Shown one piece after another: positions 8,222 to 18,406 of a DNA stretch of 64,000 bases (position 1 is the first letter of the stretch; each line of letters begins with the position of its first letter). Both the position numbers and the translations under genes were made by a program. The notes beneath the pieces were generated by a model. That model was not told the origin of the DNA and ran no database searches. It saw only the letters and a list, made by a program, of their open reading frames with translations. The stretch lies in assembly GCA_965248195.1 (NCBI GenBank), contig CBDFIQ010000001.1:160001-224000 (forward strand), read 5' to 3'. The stretch comes from Longimicrobiales bacterium (GTDB lineage: Bacteria > Gemmatimonadota > Gemmatimonadetes > Longimicrobiales > Gaopeijiaceae).

Positions 8222-11188
8222 ATGCCCTGGCTCAAAGCGTGGTTCGGTAGCGGAGAACTCAAGGAACTTCCTGAGGAACTGACGAAGCTCCTCGACCAAG
8301 CAAAGCGTGACAGCAAATCGCTTCGCGAGCTGCTGAAGAAGACTAAGACGAGCGAAGAGAAGTTCGAGAGTCTCATGGGCCGTCTGGAGGCCATGCAGGC
8401 CACCTCAGAGTCGCTGAGTGGGCAAGTGTCGGAGCTACAAGTGCAGGTCAAAGCGTTCGAAGGAGCTGCTTCCGCCATAGATGCCGTCGCCGAACGGGCG
8501 ACCGGTCTCGCCCAGTCGCAGGCCGCTCACGCTTCCTCCGCTGATGAAGCGGAGCGCACGATCAGCGAGTTGACCCAGAAAGTGGATGACCTCAGGAGCG
8601 TGGTCGACCGTGCGACCACGGCGAGGGACGAGGTGGCGAAGCAGGTTACGGACCTCATGGGTCCAGCGAGTGAAGTCACCAAGGTCCGCGCGGACGTGGA
8701 TGAGCTCATGGTGGACGTCAGTCGACTGGAGGTGCGATCCAACTCCTTCGGCCCGGTCTCGGAACAGTTCGCCGGGATATCCGAGCAAGCGCGCGGGCTG
8801 GAGCAGGACCAGGCAGCGATGGAGCGCTCCTTCGAATCGGTGTCGAAGCGGTTGGCCGAGACCGACGCAAAGCTGCTCGAGTTCGGCGATGGACTTCAGT
8901 CCGCCGCGCTCGTAGAGCGGGAGCTCGAAGATCTCATGGGGCCGCACGGAGCGCTCGCCAAGGTTCGAACGAAGGTCGAAGAGGCTCGTGAACAGTCGTT
9001 GGACTACGGGCAGGAGGTCGCGCGAATTGCCGAGGACCAGGCGGGTGTGCGTGCCGCACAGGAGAGCGTTTCATCGGAGTACAGGGAGTTGCGGTCCAAG
9101 GTGGAATCGGTCAGCGAGGGTGTGGATAGAGCGAACGCAAGCGTGGCCCGCGTCGATAAAGCGAAGCTGGACCTCACCAAGGCCGAGGAGCTCGGAGCCC
9201 GAACGGAGCGGCAGCTGAACGCCCTCCAGACGTTGTCGGACCACATCACCCAGAAGCTCGGGTCGGTGGAACGGCAGCGCGAGGCATTGGATCGAACGGA
9301 GGCACAGGCTCGGGCGTTGACCGACCTCCATTGGGAGCTCGAGGCGAAGCTCAAGGAAGCCCGCTCGCAGATCCAAGAGGTCAAGAAGGCACACTCGAGC
9401 GTCGAGGACCTGCGAGACATGAATGCCAAGGTGGCCGAGCGGACGGGCGAGTTGAGGGGAAAGCAAGCCGAAGTCGAACGGGAAAGTAAGACGCTGAGGT
9501 CTGGGCTTGAGGGGCTCAAGGAGCAGATGCGGCACGCCACCAGGCGCTTCGAGCTGGAGCAGAGCACCTTGGAGACCGACGGAAAGAGGGTCATCGCCCT
9601 CCGGGCCGATGTGACCGGCCTCGAGACCCGACTCCACGAACTCGAGGAGTCGGGCCCATCAGTGAGCGAGGCCAACCGCAAAGCCGACGAGATGGCGGCA
9701 CGTCTCACATCGCTCTCGGGCGATTTGGGCCGGATCACCGAGCAGATGGAGGCGGTCGAGGGGATGCGGGAAGGGATGTCGGAGGCCCAGCGCGTGGCCG
9801 TCGACGTGGCCGCGTCTCTCTCGAACCTCGAGGCTCGCCAGGCCGACGTTCAGGAGAGCATGAACGATCTGCGGACGCTTCGTGGTGCCAAGGAGGAGGT
9901 CGCCGATGCGTTGGCGAGCGTGCAGTCTACGAGGTCGGAGCTCGAGAAGATGCAAACAGGGCTGGCAGATACGAGCACATGGCTTGCCCGGACCCACGAG
10001 TCGATCGTAAAGCTTCGAGCGAAGGCAGCGGACCTGGGCGATCTAACCGCGAACATCGATCACATGCGGGACAACGCGGATCGCGTGTTGGCGGCGGCAT
10101 CCGATCTGGACGAGCGTCGCGGATCCTTCGAAGAGCTCGATGTGCGGATGTCGGAGCTCCAACAGATCGGTACGCAATTGGACGAGCGCACGAGCAACCT
10201 TCTCAGCGGCCTCGCTGACGCGGACAACCGGTTCAAGGCGGTGGCGCGTAACGCCGACAAGGCCGAGGACGCACGGGTGGTGGTCGAAGGGATCACCGCG
10301 GCGGTTGAGCAGGCCGAGCAGCGAATGGCCGAGCTGGGCCAGGGGGTCGACTCCGCGGCCAACCGCGACGAGGCGCTCACTTTGCTTTCGCAACGGGCCG
10401 ACCGCGTGATTTCGGATATCCGGAGCGGGGAGAGTGCGCTATCCAAGGCCGTGGAACAGCTCCAAGGCCTGTCGACCCTGCGGAAGGAGGCGGCGGAGGC
10501 CGTCCAGTCCTTAGAGGATCAAGTCCGAACATTGAAGGAGGGTCTCGTCGTCGCCGAGGAGCAGTCCGACAAGATTGGGCAGCGCGCCGACCTGCTGGAG
10601 GCGAGGGCCGGCAGCCTCCGCTTTGCCGAAAAGCGGATCACACAATTCGAGGAAAAACTCGGGCGGCTCGACCGGGTTGAGCAGGAGCTCGAACGGTCCA
10701 TCGAAACCCTGCTCGCCAGAGAGGAGAGCGTCGGTCAGGTCCGGAGCGACTTGCAGGAGCTCTTTGCTACGTCGGAGAAGACGCTCGAGGATGTCAAGGC
10801 CATCTCCGCGGCGCGTGACGAGGTACAGAGCGCGCCCGAAGTGCTCGAGACAGTGCGGACCAAAGCGGATGCCATGATCGAGGTGCTCGAGGGCATAGAC
10901 GAGCGGCAACATCAGATCGAGCAGGCAGAGGGGCGTCTCGAGCGTGCGGATGCGTTACTGAGAGAGATTCGTGCCAGCCTCGAGTCCCTGACCAGTCAGA
11001 GGGCAGTCGTCGATCAGGTGATCACGACGTCGGGGCGGTTGAACGTCGAGGCGAGGGAGGCCGAGGGGCTCCTCCACGCGCTTCGTGAAGAGCGCGAGCT
11101 GACGCAGGGCATTCACGAAGCGCTGAAGGAGCTTCGGCAAGAGGAATCCGAAACGGTTCACGTCGACTTCGGGAAGAAAGAGGCCTAG
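8222..11188 (+). CDS. Very long coiled-coil protein (988 aa), function unknown
   Basis: GGAGAGG RBS. Heptad-rich E/L/A/R composition throughout. No Walker motifs or transmembrane segment seen. Confidence 0.8.
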   Translation: MPWLKAWFGSGELKELPEELTKLLDQAKRDSKSLRELLKKTKTSEEKFESLMGRLEAMQATSESLSGQVSELQVQVKAFEGAASAIDAVAERATGLAQSQAAHASSADEAERTISELTQKVDDLRSVVDRATTARDEVAKQVTDLMGPASEVTKVRADVDELMVDVSRLEVRSNSFGPVSEQFAGISEQARGLEQDQAAMERSFESVSKRLAETDAKLLEFGDGLQSAALVERELEDLMGPHGALAKVRTKVEEAREQSLDYGQEVARIAEDQAGVRAAQESVSSEYRELRSKVESVSEGVDRANASVARVDKAKLDLTKAEELGARTERQLNALQTLSDHITQKLGSVERQREALDRTEAQARALTDLHWELEAKLKEARSQIQEVKKAHSSVEDLRDMNAKVAERTGELRGKQAEVERESKTLRSGLEGLKEQMRHATRRFELEQSTLETDGKRVIALRADVTGLETRLHELEESGPSVSEANRKADEMAARLTSLSGDLGRITEQMEAVEGMREGMSEAQRVAVDVAASLSNLEARQADVQESMNDLRTLRGAKEEVADALASVQSTRSELEKMQTGLADTSTWLARTHESIVKLRAKAADLGDLTANIDHMRDNADRVLAAASDLDERRGSFEELDVRMSELQQIGTQLDERTSNLLSGLADADNRFKAVARNADKAEDARVVVEGITAAVEQAEQRMAELGQGVDSAANRDEALTLLSQRADRVISDIRSGESALSKAVEQLQGLSTLRKEAAEAVQSLEDQVRTLKEGLVVAEEQSDKIGQRADLLEARAGSLRFAEKRITQFEEKLGRLDRVEQELERSIETLLAREESVGQVRSDLQELFATSEKTLEDVKAISAARDEVQSAPEVLETVRTKADAMIEVLEGIDERQHQIEQAEGRLERADALLREIRASLESLTSQRAVVDQVITTSGRLNVEAREAEGLLHALREERELTQGIHEALKELRQEESETVHVDFGKKEA

Positions 11189-11355
11189 GCTCCGGCTCTT
11201 TCGCTCTTCGTCGAATCCTCTTAGGGAGCTCTCGAGGCCTCTCTCCGGGCCTCCGGCACGCCGTGGCGAAGATCTTGGACCCACCTCTGGACCCCCTCCC
11301 CCAACCATTTGTAGCTTCCGACCGCCTTGAACGGGCTCGTGAATACGGAGAACCC

Positions 11356-12702
11356 ATGAGTTTGGTGATCGTAGTTGGCGGCGGTGAGGTCGGTTTCCAC
11401 CTCGCTGAACGCTTGTCGGAAGAGACCCAGGACGTTGTGCTGATCGATTCCAGCGCGGCGCGCGCCGAGGATGTCGGGAATCGGCTCGACATCATGACCG
11501 TGGTCGGTAACGGAGCGTCGCTGTCCGTTCTCGAAGAGGCGGGAATCGAAAAGGCTCAGAGGGTGCTCGCGGTCACGAGTATCGACGAGGTCAATCTCAT
11601 CGTGGGCCTCGCCGCCCGACGGCTGGGCGTCGAATATGTCGCGGCTCGTATCTCGAGTCCGGAGTACTATCAGCGGAGCAGCGTGCTGTCTGGCGAAGCG
11701 CTCGGCATCAATCTCATGATCAACCCGGAGCGCGAGTGCGCGCGCGAGACGCTGGAGTTGCTCCGTAGCGAGATCGCTATGGACGTCGCGTCGTTTGCGG
11801 ACGGACGCGTGCACATGATCGGCCTCAAGGTCAGAGAGGGTGCCCGCATCGCGGGCAAGTCATTGAGGCAGTTGGCTGCCGAACTCCCTGAGCATCACTA
11901 CGCCACAGCCGCGATTCAGCGGGGTGAGCAAACCATCCTACCGGGGGGCGATGATACGATCGAGGCGGGGGACCATATCTATTTGCTCTCCCCCGAGGAC
12001 GAGCGGGAGGACATCCCCCAACTGACCGGGTATGCGCCGTTCGAGCTCCAGCGAGTGATGATCGCCGGCGGCAGTCAGGAGGGTCTGCACATCGCCGAAT
12101 TACTCGAGCAGATCGGCGTCGAGGCGACGATCATCGAACGCGACCGCAAGCGTTGTCTCGAGCTTGCCGAGGCACTGCCGAAGGCGCTCGTTCTGAATGG
12201 TGACGCCACCGACCTGGAGCTCCTGGAGATGGAGGGTGTGGCGGGCATGGACGCCTTCGTCGCGAGCACCGGCAACGATGACACCAACCTGCTGACCAGC
12301 CTACTCGCCAAGACCGTGGGCGCCCGGAAGGTCGTGGCGCTCATCGACGATTTCTCCTACCTACAGTTGATCCCGCGCCTGGACATCGATGCGTCGGTGT
12401 CACCGCGCCTGTCTACCGTCAATGCTATCCTCCGCGACGTGCGCGGTGAACGCATCGCGAGCGTCGCGACGTTGAAGGGCATCGACGCCGAAGCGATCGA
12501 GTTCCTGGTGGCTGGGTCGTCGAAGATCGTCGGCAAACGACTGGATGAAGTGCGTTTTCCTCCTGGCGGCCGCCTAGGCATACTGGTCCGCGGCGAAGAG
12601 GTCATCGTGCCACAGGCAGACACCGAAGTCCGTGCGGGCGACATCGCTGTGGCATTCGCTCTACCGACGTGCATCCACGAAATCGAGAAGCTCTTCGCCT
12701 GA
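11356..12702 (+). CDS. trkA: Trk system potassium transporter TrkA
   Basis: Two RCK_N/RCK_C pairs (VGGGEVG; IAGGSQEG, LNGDATD). GGAG RBS before ATG 11356. Adjacent to trkH. Confidence 0.93.
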   Translation: MSLVIVVGGGEVGFHLAERLSEETQDVVLIDSSAARAEDVGNRLDIMTVVGNGASLSVLEEAGIEKAQRVLAVTSIDEVNLIVGLAARRLGVEYVAARISSPEYYQRSSVLSGEALGINLMINPERECARETLELLRSEIAMDVASFADGRVHMIGLKVREGARIAGKSLRQLAAELPEHHYATAAIQRGEQTILPGGDDTIEAGDHIYLLSPEDEREDIPQLTGYAPFELQRVMIAGGSQEGLHIAELLEQIGVEATIIERDRKRCLELAEALPKALVLNGDATDLELLEMEGVAGMDAFVASTGNDDTNLLTSLLAKTVGARKVVALIDDFSYLQLIPRLDIDASVSPRLSTVNAILRDVRGERIASVATLKGIDAEAIEFLVAGSSKIVGKRLDEVRFPPGGRLGILVRGEEVIVPQADTEVRAGDIAVAFALPTCIHEIEKLFA

Positions 12703-14204
12703 TGTCCGTCCGGCACCTCATCAACATCATCGGCCTGCTCCTCGTCTTCGTCTCCCTCGCCATGGCGGCTACGGGTCTCGGCGCCTCGTTCTACGAGAAC
12801 GGGGCCGCCTTCGCGCTCTTCGCCTCCTCCGGGATCACACTCTTGGTGGGTCTCGCCGCGTACAGCGTCACGAGGTTCGAGGGTGAGCTCACGGCCCGTG
12901 AGGGCTACGCCATCGTCACCTTCGCCTGGACCGCGATGGCGGTGTTCGGCGCTCTGCCTTTCCTGATCTCCGGTACCCTGGACGGCGTCATACCCGCGAT
13001 CTTCGAGGCGATGTCCGGTTTCACGACGACCGGGGCCACCGTGTTCACCGATGTGGAGGCGCTGCCGGAGGGCATCCTCCTGTGGCGCTCGGTCACACAC
13101 TGGCTGGGCGGAATGGGGATCATCGTGCTCGCCATCGCCATCCTGCCCTACGTGGGCGTGGGCGGCATGCAGCTGTTTCGGGCTGAGGTGCCCGGACCCA
13201 CGCCGGAGCGGCTCCGCCCCCGCATCACGCAGACGGCCAAGCTGCTCTGGGGCGTGTACGTGGGACTCACTGGCGTGCAGATCGTGCTGTATCTGTTTGG
13301 GGAGATGTCGCTGTTCGACGCTGTGAACCATGCGTTCGCGACCCTCGCGACGGGGGGCTTCTCGACGCGCAGTGCCTCGCTCGCCGGCTTCGACTCGGCG
13401 TACATTCACTACGTCACGATCATCTTCATGTACATCGCCGGCGTGAACTTCGCGCTGCACTTCCGGGCCGCCACAGGACGCCTCGAGTACTTCAGGAATG
13501 AGGAGTGGCAGTTCTTCACCCTGATGATCGTGGGGGCTGGCCTCTTTCTCATGGTCAGCAACCTGATGGCCGGTACCTACGAGCTCACGGTGGCCGGGGT
13601 GGAGAGCGCATTCCGTCACGGCATGTTCCAATCGGTGGCGATAACGACCACCACGGGCTTCGTCTCCGCCGACTACGAGATGTGGGTTCCGGCTGCTCAG
13701 GGGGTACTCGTCACACTGATGTTCGTGGGTGGCATGGCCGGGTCGACCGGTGGCGGGATCAAGGCGGTCCGGGTACTCGTGCTACTGAGGCACACCGCCA
13801 ACGAGATCCGTAAGCACTTGCATCCGAGGGCGATTCTCATGGTCCGCGTCGGCCGGCGCACGGTGCGGGAGGACGTACTGCTGAACATCCTCGGGTTCGT
13901 GAGCCTCTACGTTATCCTGGTGCTCTTCGGCGGCATGCTTCTGACCTTCTTCGGCATGGATATCCTCACTGCGGTGGGCGCCAGTGCCGCGTCGGTCGGA
14001 AACATAGGCCCAGGACTCGGTGGCGTGGGCGCAACGGATAACTACGGGTGGATCTCCGACCCGGGCCTGGTCGTGATCGTCTTTCTCATGCTGGTGGGGC
14101 GCCTGGAAATCTATACGGTCTTGTTGCTTTTCCACCCCGATACGTGGAAAGGACAGCGCGCCCAGGGTCTGAGGGAGGCACAGGCGGGACGCCGGGGCAA
14201 GTAA
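12702..14204 (+). CDS. trkH: Trk system potassium uptake membrane protein TrkH
   Basis: TGATG overlap with trk[32 protein letters not shown] and MLVGRLEI motifs. Confidence 0.95.
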   Translation: MSVRHLINIIGLLLVFVSLAMAATGLGASFYENGAAFALFASSGITLLVGLAAYSVTRFEGELTAREGYAIVTFAWTAMAVFGALPFLISGTLDGVIPAIFEAMSGFTTTGATVFTDVEALPEGILLWRSVTHWLGGMGIIVLAIAILPYVGVGGMQLFRAEVPGPTPERLRPRITQTAKLLWGVYVGLTGVQIVLYLFGEMSLFDAVNHAFATLATGGFSTRSASLAGFDSAYIHYVTIIFMYIAGVNFALHFRAATGRLEYFRNEEWQFFTLMIVGAGLFLMVSNLMAGTYELTVAGVESAFRHGMFQSVAITTTTGFVSADYEMWVPAAQGVLVTLMFVGGMAGSTGGGIKAVRVLVLLRHTANEIRKHLHPRAILMVRVGRRTVREDVLLNILGFVSLYVILVLFGGMLLTFFGMDILTAVGASAASVGNIGPGLGGVGATDNYGWISDPGLVVIVFLMLVGRLEIYTVLLLFHPDTWKGQRAQGLREAQAGRRGK

Positions 14205-14351
14205 CTAACCAGAGATCCTACCGGGACGACCTAGGACGAGGGCCCCTGTACACAAGAGGATTGGTAAGAAGTACCTCTTTGATGAGGTGTCCAAAATCTG
14301 ATATAATGCCTGGTTCCCCCGCGCGCCTCTGACACCGACCGATTCGGAAGA

Positions 14352-16721
14352 GTGATGATCCCACTGTCTCTTAAACGTGAAGGGCGGCTTAGCTGCCTCT
14401 CATACATGGCGGTTATTGCCGTGATCTATGCTGTGGCGGCCGGGCCCGTTTCTGCGCAAACCGAGGAGGCTGCGGCGCCGCGGCCCACCGTTGGCGGGGC
14501 TTTGCGGATGTCGGCGGGCCGCGTTTCGGAGGCTCCGAGTGCAGAGAACTGGCGGGATCCGTTGGTCTGGGGGGGAGCGGAGGTCATCAGCAACTTCATC
14601 CAGAACGAGCCGGTCGAAGGGTCACCCGCCTCGGAACGGACCGAGGTGCGGGTCGCTTTCGACGAGGAAGCGATCTACGTCGGGGCGTGGCTCTACGACT
14701 CGGAGCCGAGCGAGATCGTCGTTGGGGAGCAGCGTCGGGACGCGAGTCTCTCTCGCTTCGACGCGTTCCTTCTGATCTTAGACACCTATAACGACCGCGA
14801 GAACGGTTTCGTTTTCGCAACGAATCCGGGGGGCATCGAGCACGACGGACAGGTGATCGACGAAGGTCGGCAAACCGGAAGGGGTAGCGGTGGCGCTCGC
14901 GGGAACAGCGGACGCCAGCAGGGCGGCGCTCAGGGGGGGTTCAACGTCAACTGGGATGGCAGCTGGACGGTATCGACGGAGCGCGACGAGCGGGGCTGGT
15001 ACGCCTTTTTCCGAATTCCATTCTCCACCCTCCGGTACGCGGCCGGAACGGAGCAGGAGTGGGGAGTCAACTTCGGCCGATACATCGGCCGAAAGAACGA
15101 GCAGGTGTACTGGGCTCCCCTCGCTCGTCAGGACAACCTCTACCGGGTGTCGTACGCGGGGGTGCTGGAGGGGCTGAGCGTTCCTGCCCAGCGGTTGATC
15201 ACCTTCACGCCCTATGCCCTCAGCTCAGCGCAGAAAGTCCCGGCCACCAGTGCGGCGGTCGACTATCCATTCGAGGTGGGCGCCGACGCGAAGATCGGGA
15301 TTACTCCAGCCCTTTCGCTCGATCTGACGGTCAACACCGACTTCGCACAGGTCGAGGTGGACAACGAGCAGGTGGATCTGACCCGATTCAGCCTGTTCTT
15401 CCCGGAGAAACGTCCCTTCTTCCTCGAGAATGCCGGACGATTCGCCGTGGGCAATAACCAGTCGGCTCAGATGTTTTTCAGTCGGAGGATAGGGATCGGA
15501 GAAGACGGGGCACCCGTCCCGATCGAGTGGGGGAGCCGCTTGAGCGGGCGGGTGGCGGGCCTCGACGTGGGGCTGATACACATGCGCACAGAAGCGGTCG
15601 AGGGCGGGACGCCGGGGAATGGCTACTCGGTAGCCCGTCTGGCGCGAGAGCTTCCGAACCGCTCAGGAGTAGGCGTGATGTTCACTGAGCGCTCCTCTAT
15701 CGGCGTCGCGAACGACCATGGGCGTACCTTCGCGGCAGATGCCAACGTCGGCATCGGCGAGTTCTTCAACTTCACAGGTGTGCTGGGAGCGACGACGTCG
15801 AGCGTTCCGGGAGAGCAAAGCCCGACCGACGGTCGTGAGGCGGTTATCGTTACGGCCAACTACCGGGACTCGAACTGGCAGTTCAGAAGCTCCTACGATC
15901 GGATCGGTGCGAACTTCAATCCCGAGGTGGGTTTCCTCCGCCGCTCGGACTTCCAACAGGTCTCGGGGACGATTTGGCGCGACATCCGGGTGCCGTCGTC
16001 GGACTGGATTCGGCAGTTTAGTCCCCACACGAGTTACACCACTGCGTACGGACTCGAAAGTGGAGTCAAGGAGACCGCCACGTGGCACATGCATAACATG
16101 ATGCGCCTCGAGAACGGCGGTCAGTTTAGTTTCGCGGGCGATTGGATCTACGACGGACTCACCGAGCCGCTCAGTCTTACAACGGGCGTCGATGACCAAG
16201 GCGACCAAACCTTCGTTGAAGTGCCAACTGGGGAGTACTCCGGTTGGCTGTTCAATCCCTCGATCAACACGAGCACTCAGGTGCCCGTCGTGTGGCGTAC
16301 GAATCTCCTGCTTGGACAGTTCTTCTCCGGGACTCGCAAAGGCGGGAGCACGTCGCTGTCATTCCAGCTCGGGGGTGCGCTGGCCGGAGCGATCGCTGTG
16401 GAGTACAACAGGATCGAACTTCCGGGGCCGGGAGGAAAATTCGATGCCACCCTGCTCAGCAGCCGGATTGGCTACTCGTTCAGCCCCACCGTCTACATTC
16501 AGTCCCTCATCCAATACAACACGCAGACGGCGGTTTGGTCGGGAAACCTCCGGTTCGGCTGGGTTGATACGGCAGGGACGGGTCTGTTCATCGTCTTCAA
16601 CGAGCGGCAGAGTGCCAGGCTCGCGGGCCTCACCAGTAGCCTACTCGAGCGGACAGTCTCGATAAAATTCAGTCGACAGCTGGATTTGGCTCGAATCGGG
16701 CGCGATGGGTTCGGCTTGTAG
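14352..16721 (+). CDS. DUF5916/CBM9-like exported protein with probable C-terminal beta-barrel
   Basis: Signal peptide, RIPFSTLRY, LTVNTDFAQVEVD, FFPEKRPFFLE and FFSRRIG motifs. Confidence 0.82.
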   Translation: MMIPLSLKREGRLSCLSYMAVIAVIYAVAAGPVSAQTEEAAAPRPTVGGALRMSAGRVSEAPSAENWRDPLVWGGAEVISNFIQNEPVEGSPASERTEVRVAFDEEAIYVGAWLYDSEPSEIVVGEQRRDASLSRFDAFLLILDTYNDRENGFVFATNPGGIEHDGQVIDEGRQTGRGSGGARGNSGRQQGGAQGGFNVNWDGSWTVSTERDERGWYAFFRIPFSTLRYAAGTEQEWGVNFGRYIGRKNEQVYWAPLARQDNLYRVSYAGVLEGLSVPAQRLITFTPYALSSAQKVPATSAAVDYPFEVGADAKIGITPALSLDLTVNTDFAQVEVDNEQVDLTRFSLFFPEKRPFFLENAGRFAVGNNQSAQMFFSRRIGIGEDGAPVPIEWGSRLSGRVAGLDVGLIHMRTEAVEGGTPGNGYSVARLARELPNRSGVGVMFTERSSIGVANDHGRTFAADANVGIGEFFNFTGVLGATTSSVPGEQSPTDGREAVIVTANYRDSNWQFRSSYDRIGANFNPEVGFLRRSDFQQVSGTIWRDIRVPSSDWIRQFSPHTSYTTAYGLESGVKETATWHMHNMMRLENGGQFSFAGDWIYDGLTEPLSLTTGVDDQGDQTFVEVPTGEYSGWLFNPSINTSTQVPVVWRTNLLLGQFFSGTRKGGSTSLSFQLGGALAGAIAVEYNRIELPGPGGKFDATLLSSRIGYSFSPTVYIQSLIQYNTQTAVWSGNLRFGWVDTAGTGLFIVFNERQSARLAGLTSSLLERTVSIKFSRQLDLARIGRDGFGL

Positions 16722-16728
16722 TCGACTC

Positions 16729-16789
16729 TCTTAACCTGCCTCCGACGATCTTAACCTGCCTCCGACGATCTTAACCTGCCTCCGACGAT
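16729..16789. repeat. Perfect tandem repeat, 3 x 20 bp (TCTTAACCTGCCTCCGACGA)
   Basis: Read directly. Intergenic, 7 nt after the stop codon at 16721. Confidence 0.95.
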
Positions 16790-16852
16790 TCGCTCGACCA
16801 AAAGGTCAATTCCGCCTAAATAGAGCGAACGTGAGAACAAGCTGGAAAGGCG

Positions 16853-17047
16853 TCATGATCCTCCGCTATTGCCGATATCGTCGAGGTTGATCCAGCCGGC
16901 CCGGAAGACGAGGACCCACCAAAGCACGCTGATGGCCAAGCTCACGACGAACCCCATATCCGGAAAGGTCCAGAAGAACATCGTGGGCACGAATAACGTG
17001 AAGGCCACCACCGGCAGCTTGTCGAGTACCGCGAGGAGCTTACTCAT
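16853..17047 (-). CDS. Small two-helix membrane protein
   Basis: 64-aa hydrophobic ORF with a GGAGA RBS upstream. Confidence 0.55.
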   Translation of the reverse strand: MSKLLAVLDKLPVVAFTLFVPTMFFWTFPDMGFVVSLAISVLWWVLVFRAGWINLDDIGNSGGS

Positions 17048-17254
17048 TCTGATCTCCGCACCATGCGAACCGAGGAATTGCCTACTCTATTGGTACAACG
17101 GCTTCGCGTCTCACAGCAACGGAAAAGGATTCAGTGGGTCGGTGCAGCGTCAGTTCCCCACGCGGTCCCCGTCGGCTTTATCCTGCTGGCGTTGAGGCGA
17201 AGTCAGGGATACAATCGTTGGAATTCTCTCGTGGCTTAGAAGGAGGTTCCCACC

Positions 17255-18361
17255 ATGTCGAAGAGAGTTCAAAGCGTGCCTACGATGGTGCTGGCGGCGG
17301 CGGTGGTGGCGATCGCTGTGCTTCACGCGGAGGTAGGGGCCCAGATGGGACCGAATCCCTACCGACCCGCAGACGGTCTGCAGGCCGGAAGCGGCGAGGG
17401 CCTCATCGGAGAGGGGTGGGCGAAGTTGCCGTACGGGAGGGAGATGGGGTCCCCGGGTGGGATCGAGGTCGATGTGGACGGGGAGAGCATCTGGGCAATC
17501 GTGAGATGCGGGAACGACGGCACGCCGCGCGGAAGCCAGACCTACTGTGACAGCTCAGATCTGGACCCGATCATCAAGTTCGGTCCGGACGGCAATGTGG
17601 TAACGATGTTCGGCAGCCGCATGTTCGCATGGCCGCATGGGCTCCACGTGGACCGGGACGGAAACGTGTGGGTGACGGAAGCGGGAAGCGGAGAATCACC
17701 ACTGGTGCCGGGATTGGTCTTCGGACATCAGGTCTTCAAGTTCTCCCCGCAGGGCGAGCTCCTCATGACCCTGGGCGAGGCGGGGGTTCCGGGGGATGGA
17801 CCCGATCACCTCATCTCACCGAGCGACGTCGTCACCGCCCCCAATGGCGATATCTTCGTTGTGGACGGGCACAACCAGAATGGCAACAACCGGATCGTCA
17901 AGTATTCGAGGGACGGGACGTTTATCAAGGACTTCGGGGGAACCGGGCACGGCCCGGGTCAGCTCTACGGCCCGCACGCCATTGCCATGGACGCGAATGG
18001 AAGGCTCTTCGTCGCCGACCGGCAGAACATGCGAATCGTCATCTTCGACCAAGAAGGCAACTTCGAGAATCGATGGACGCAGTTCGGAATGCCGAGCGAC
18101 ATCTCGATCGACGACAACGGCAAGATCTACGTGGCCGACTCGGAGTCGGACATGACTCAGAATCCGGGCTGGGAAAAGGGGATCAGGATCGGGGACGTGG
18201 AAACCGGTTGGGTCGAGTACTTCATCCTCGACACGGGCGACAATCCGCCGATAACCGCCGGGGGGAGTGGGGCCGAGTCCCTCACCGTAGATCGGCACGG
18301 AAGCATCTTTTCCGGCGAGCCGCGTCCACAGCGCGTACGCAAGTATGTGAAGGTGCGGTAG
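17255..18361 (+). CDS. Exported NHL-repeat beta-propeller (peptidyl-alpha-hydroxyglycine lyase-like)
   Basis: AGGAGG RBS, signal peptide, repeated NHL units (PHGLHVDRDGNVWVT, PHAIAMDANGRLFVADR). Confidence 0.85.
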   Translation: MSKRVQSVPTMVLAAAVVAIAVLHAEVGAQMGPNPYRPADGLQAGSGEGLIGEGWAKLPYGREMGSPGGIEVDVDGESIWAIVRCGNDGTPRGSQTYCDSSDLDPIIKFGPDGNVVTMFGSRMFAWPHGLHVDRDGNVWVTEAGSGESPLVPGLVFGHQVFKFSPQGELLMTLGEAGVPGDGPDHLISPSDVVTAPNGDIFVVDGHNQNGNNRIVKYSRDGTFIKDFGGTGHGPGQLYGPHAIAMDANGRLFVADRQNMRIVIFDQEGNFENRWTQFGMPSDISIDDNGKIYVADSESDMTQNPGWEKGIRIGDVETGWVEYFILDTGDNPPITAGGSGAESLTVDRHGSIFSGEPRPQRVRKYVKVR

Positions 18362-18406
18362 TGCAGAGGTGACCAGGAGCGTTCACGTAGCTGTCGGCGG
18401 TGACCG

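Noticed and set aside
8222..11188. SMC/SbcC or Wadjet JetC ATPase
   Set aside because: No Walker A/B or signature motif and no partner genes.
16729..16789. CRISPR array
   Set aside because: Units are contiguous with no spacers, and no cas genes are in the window.
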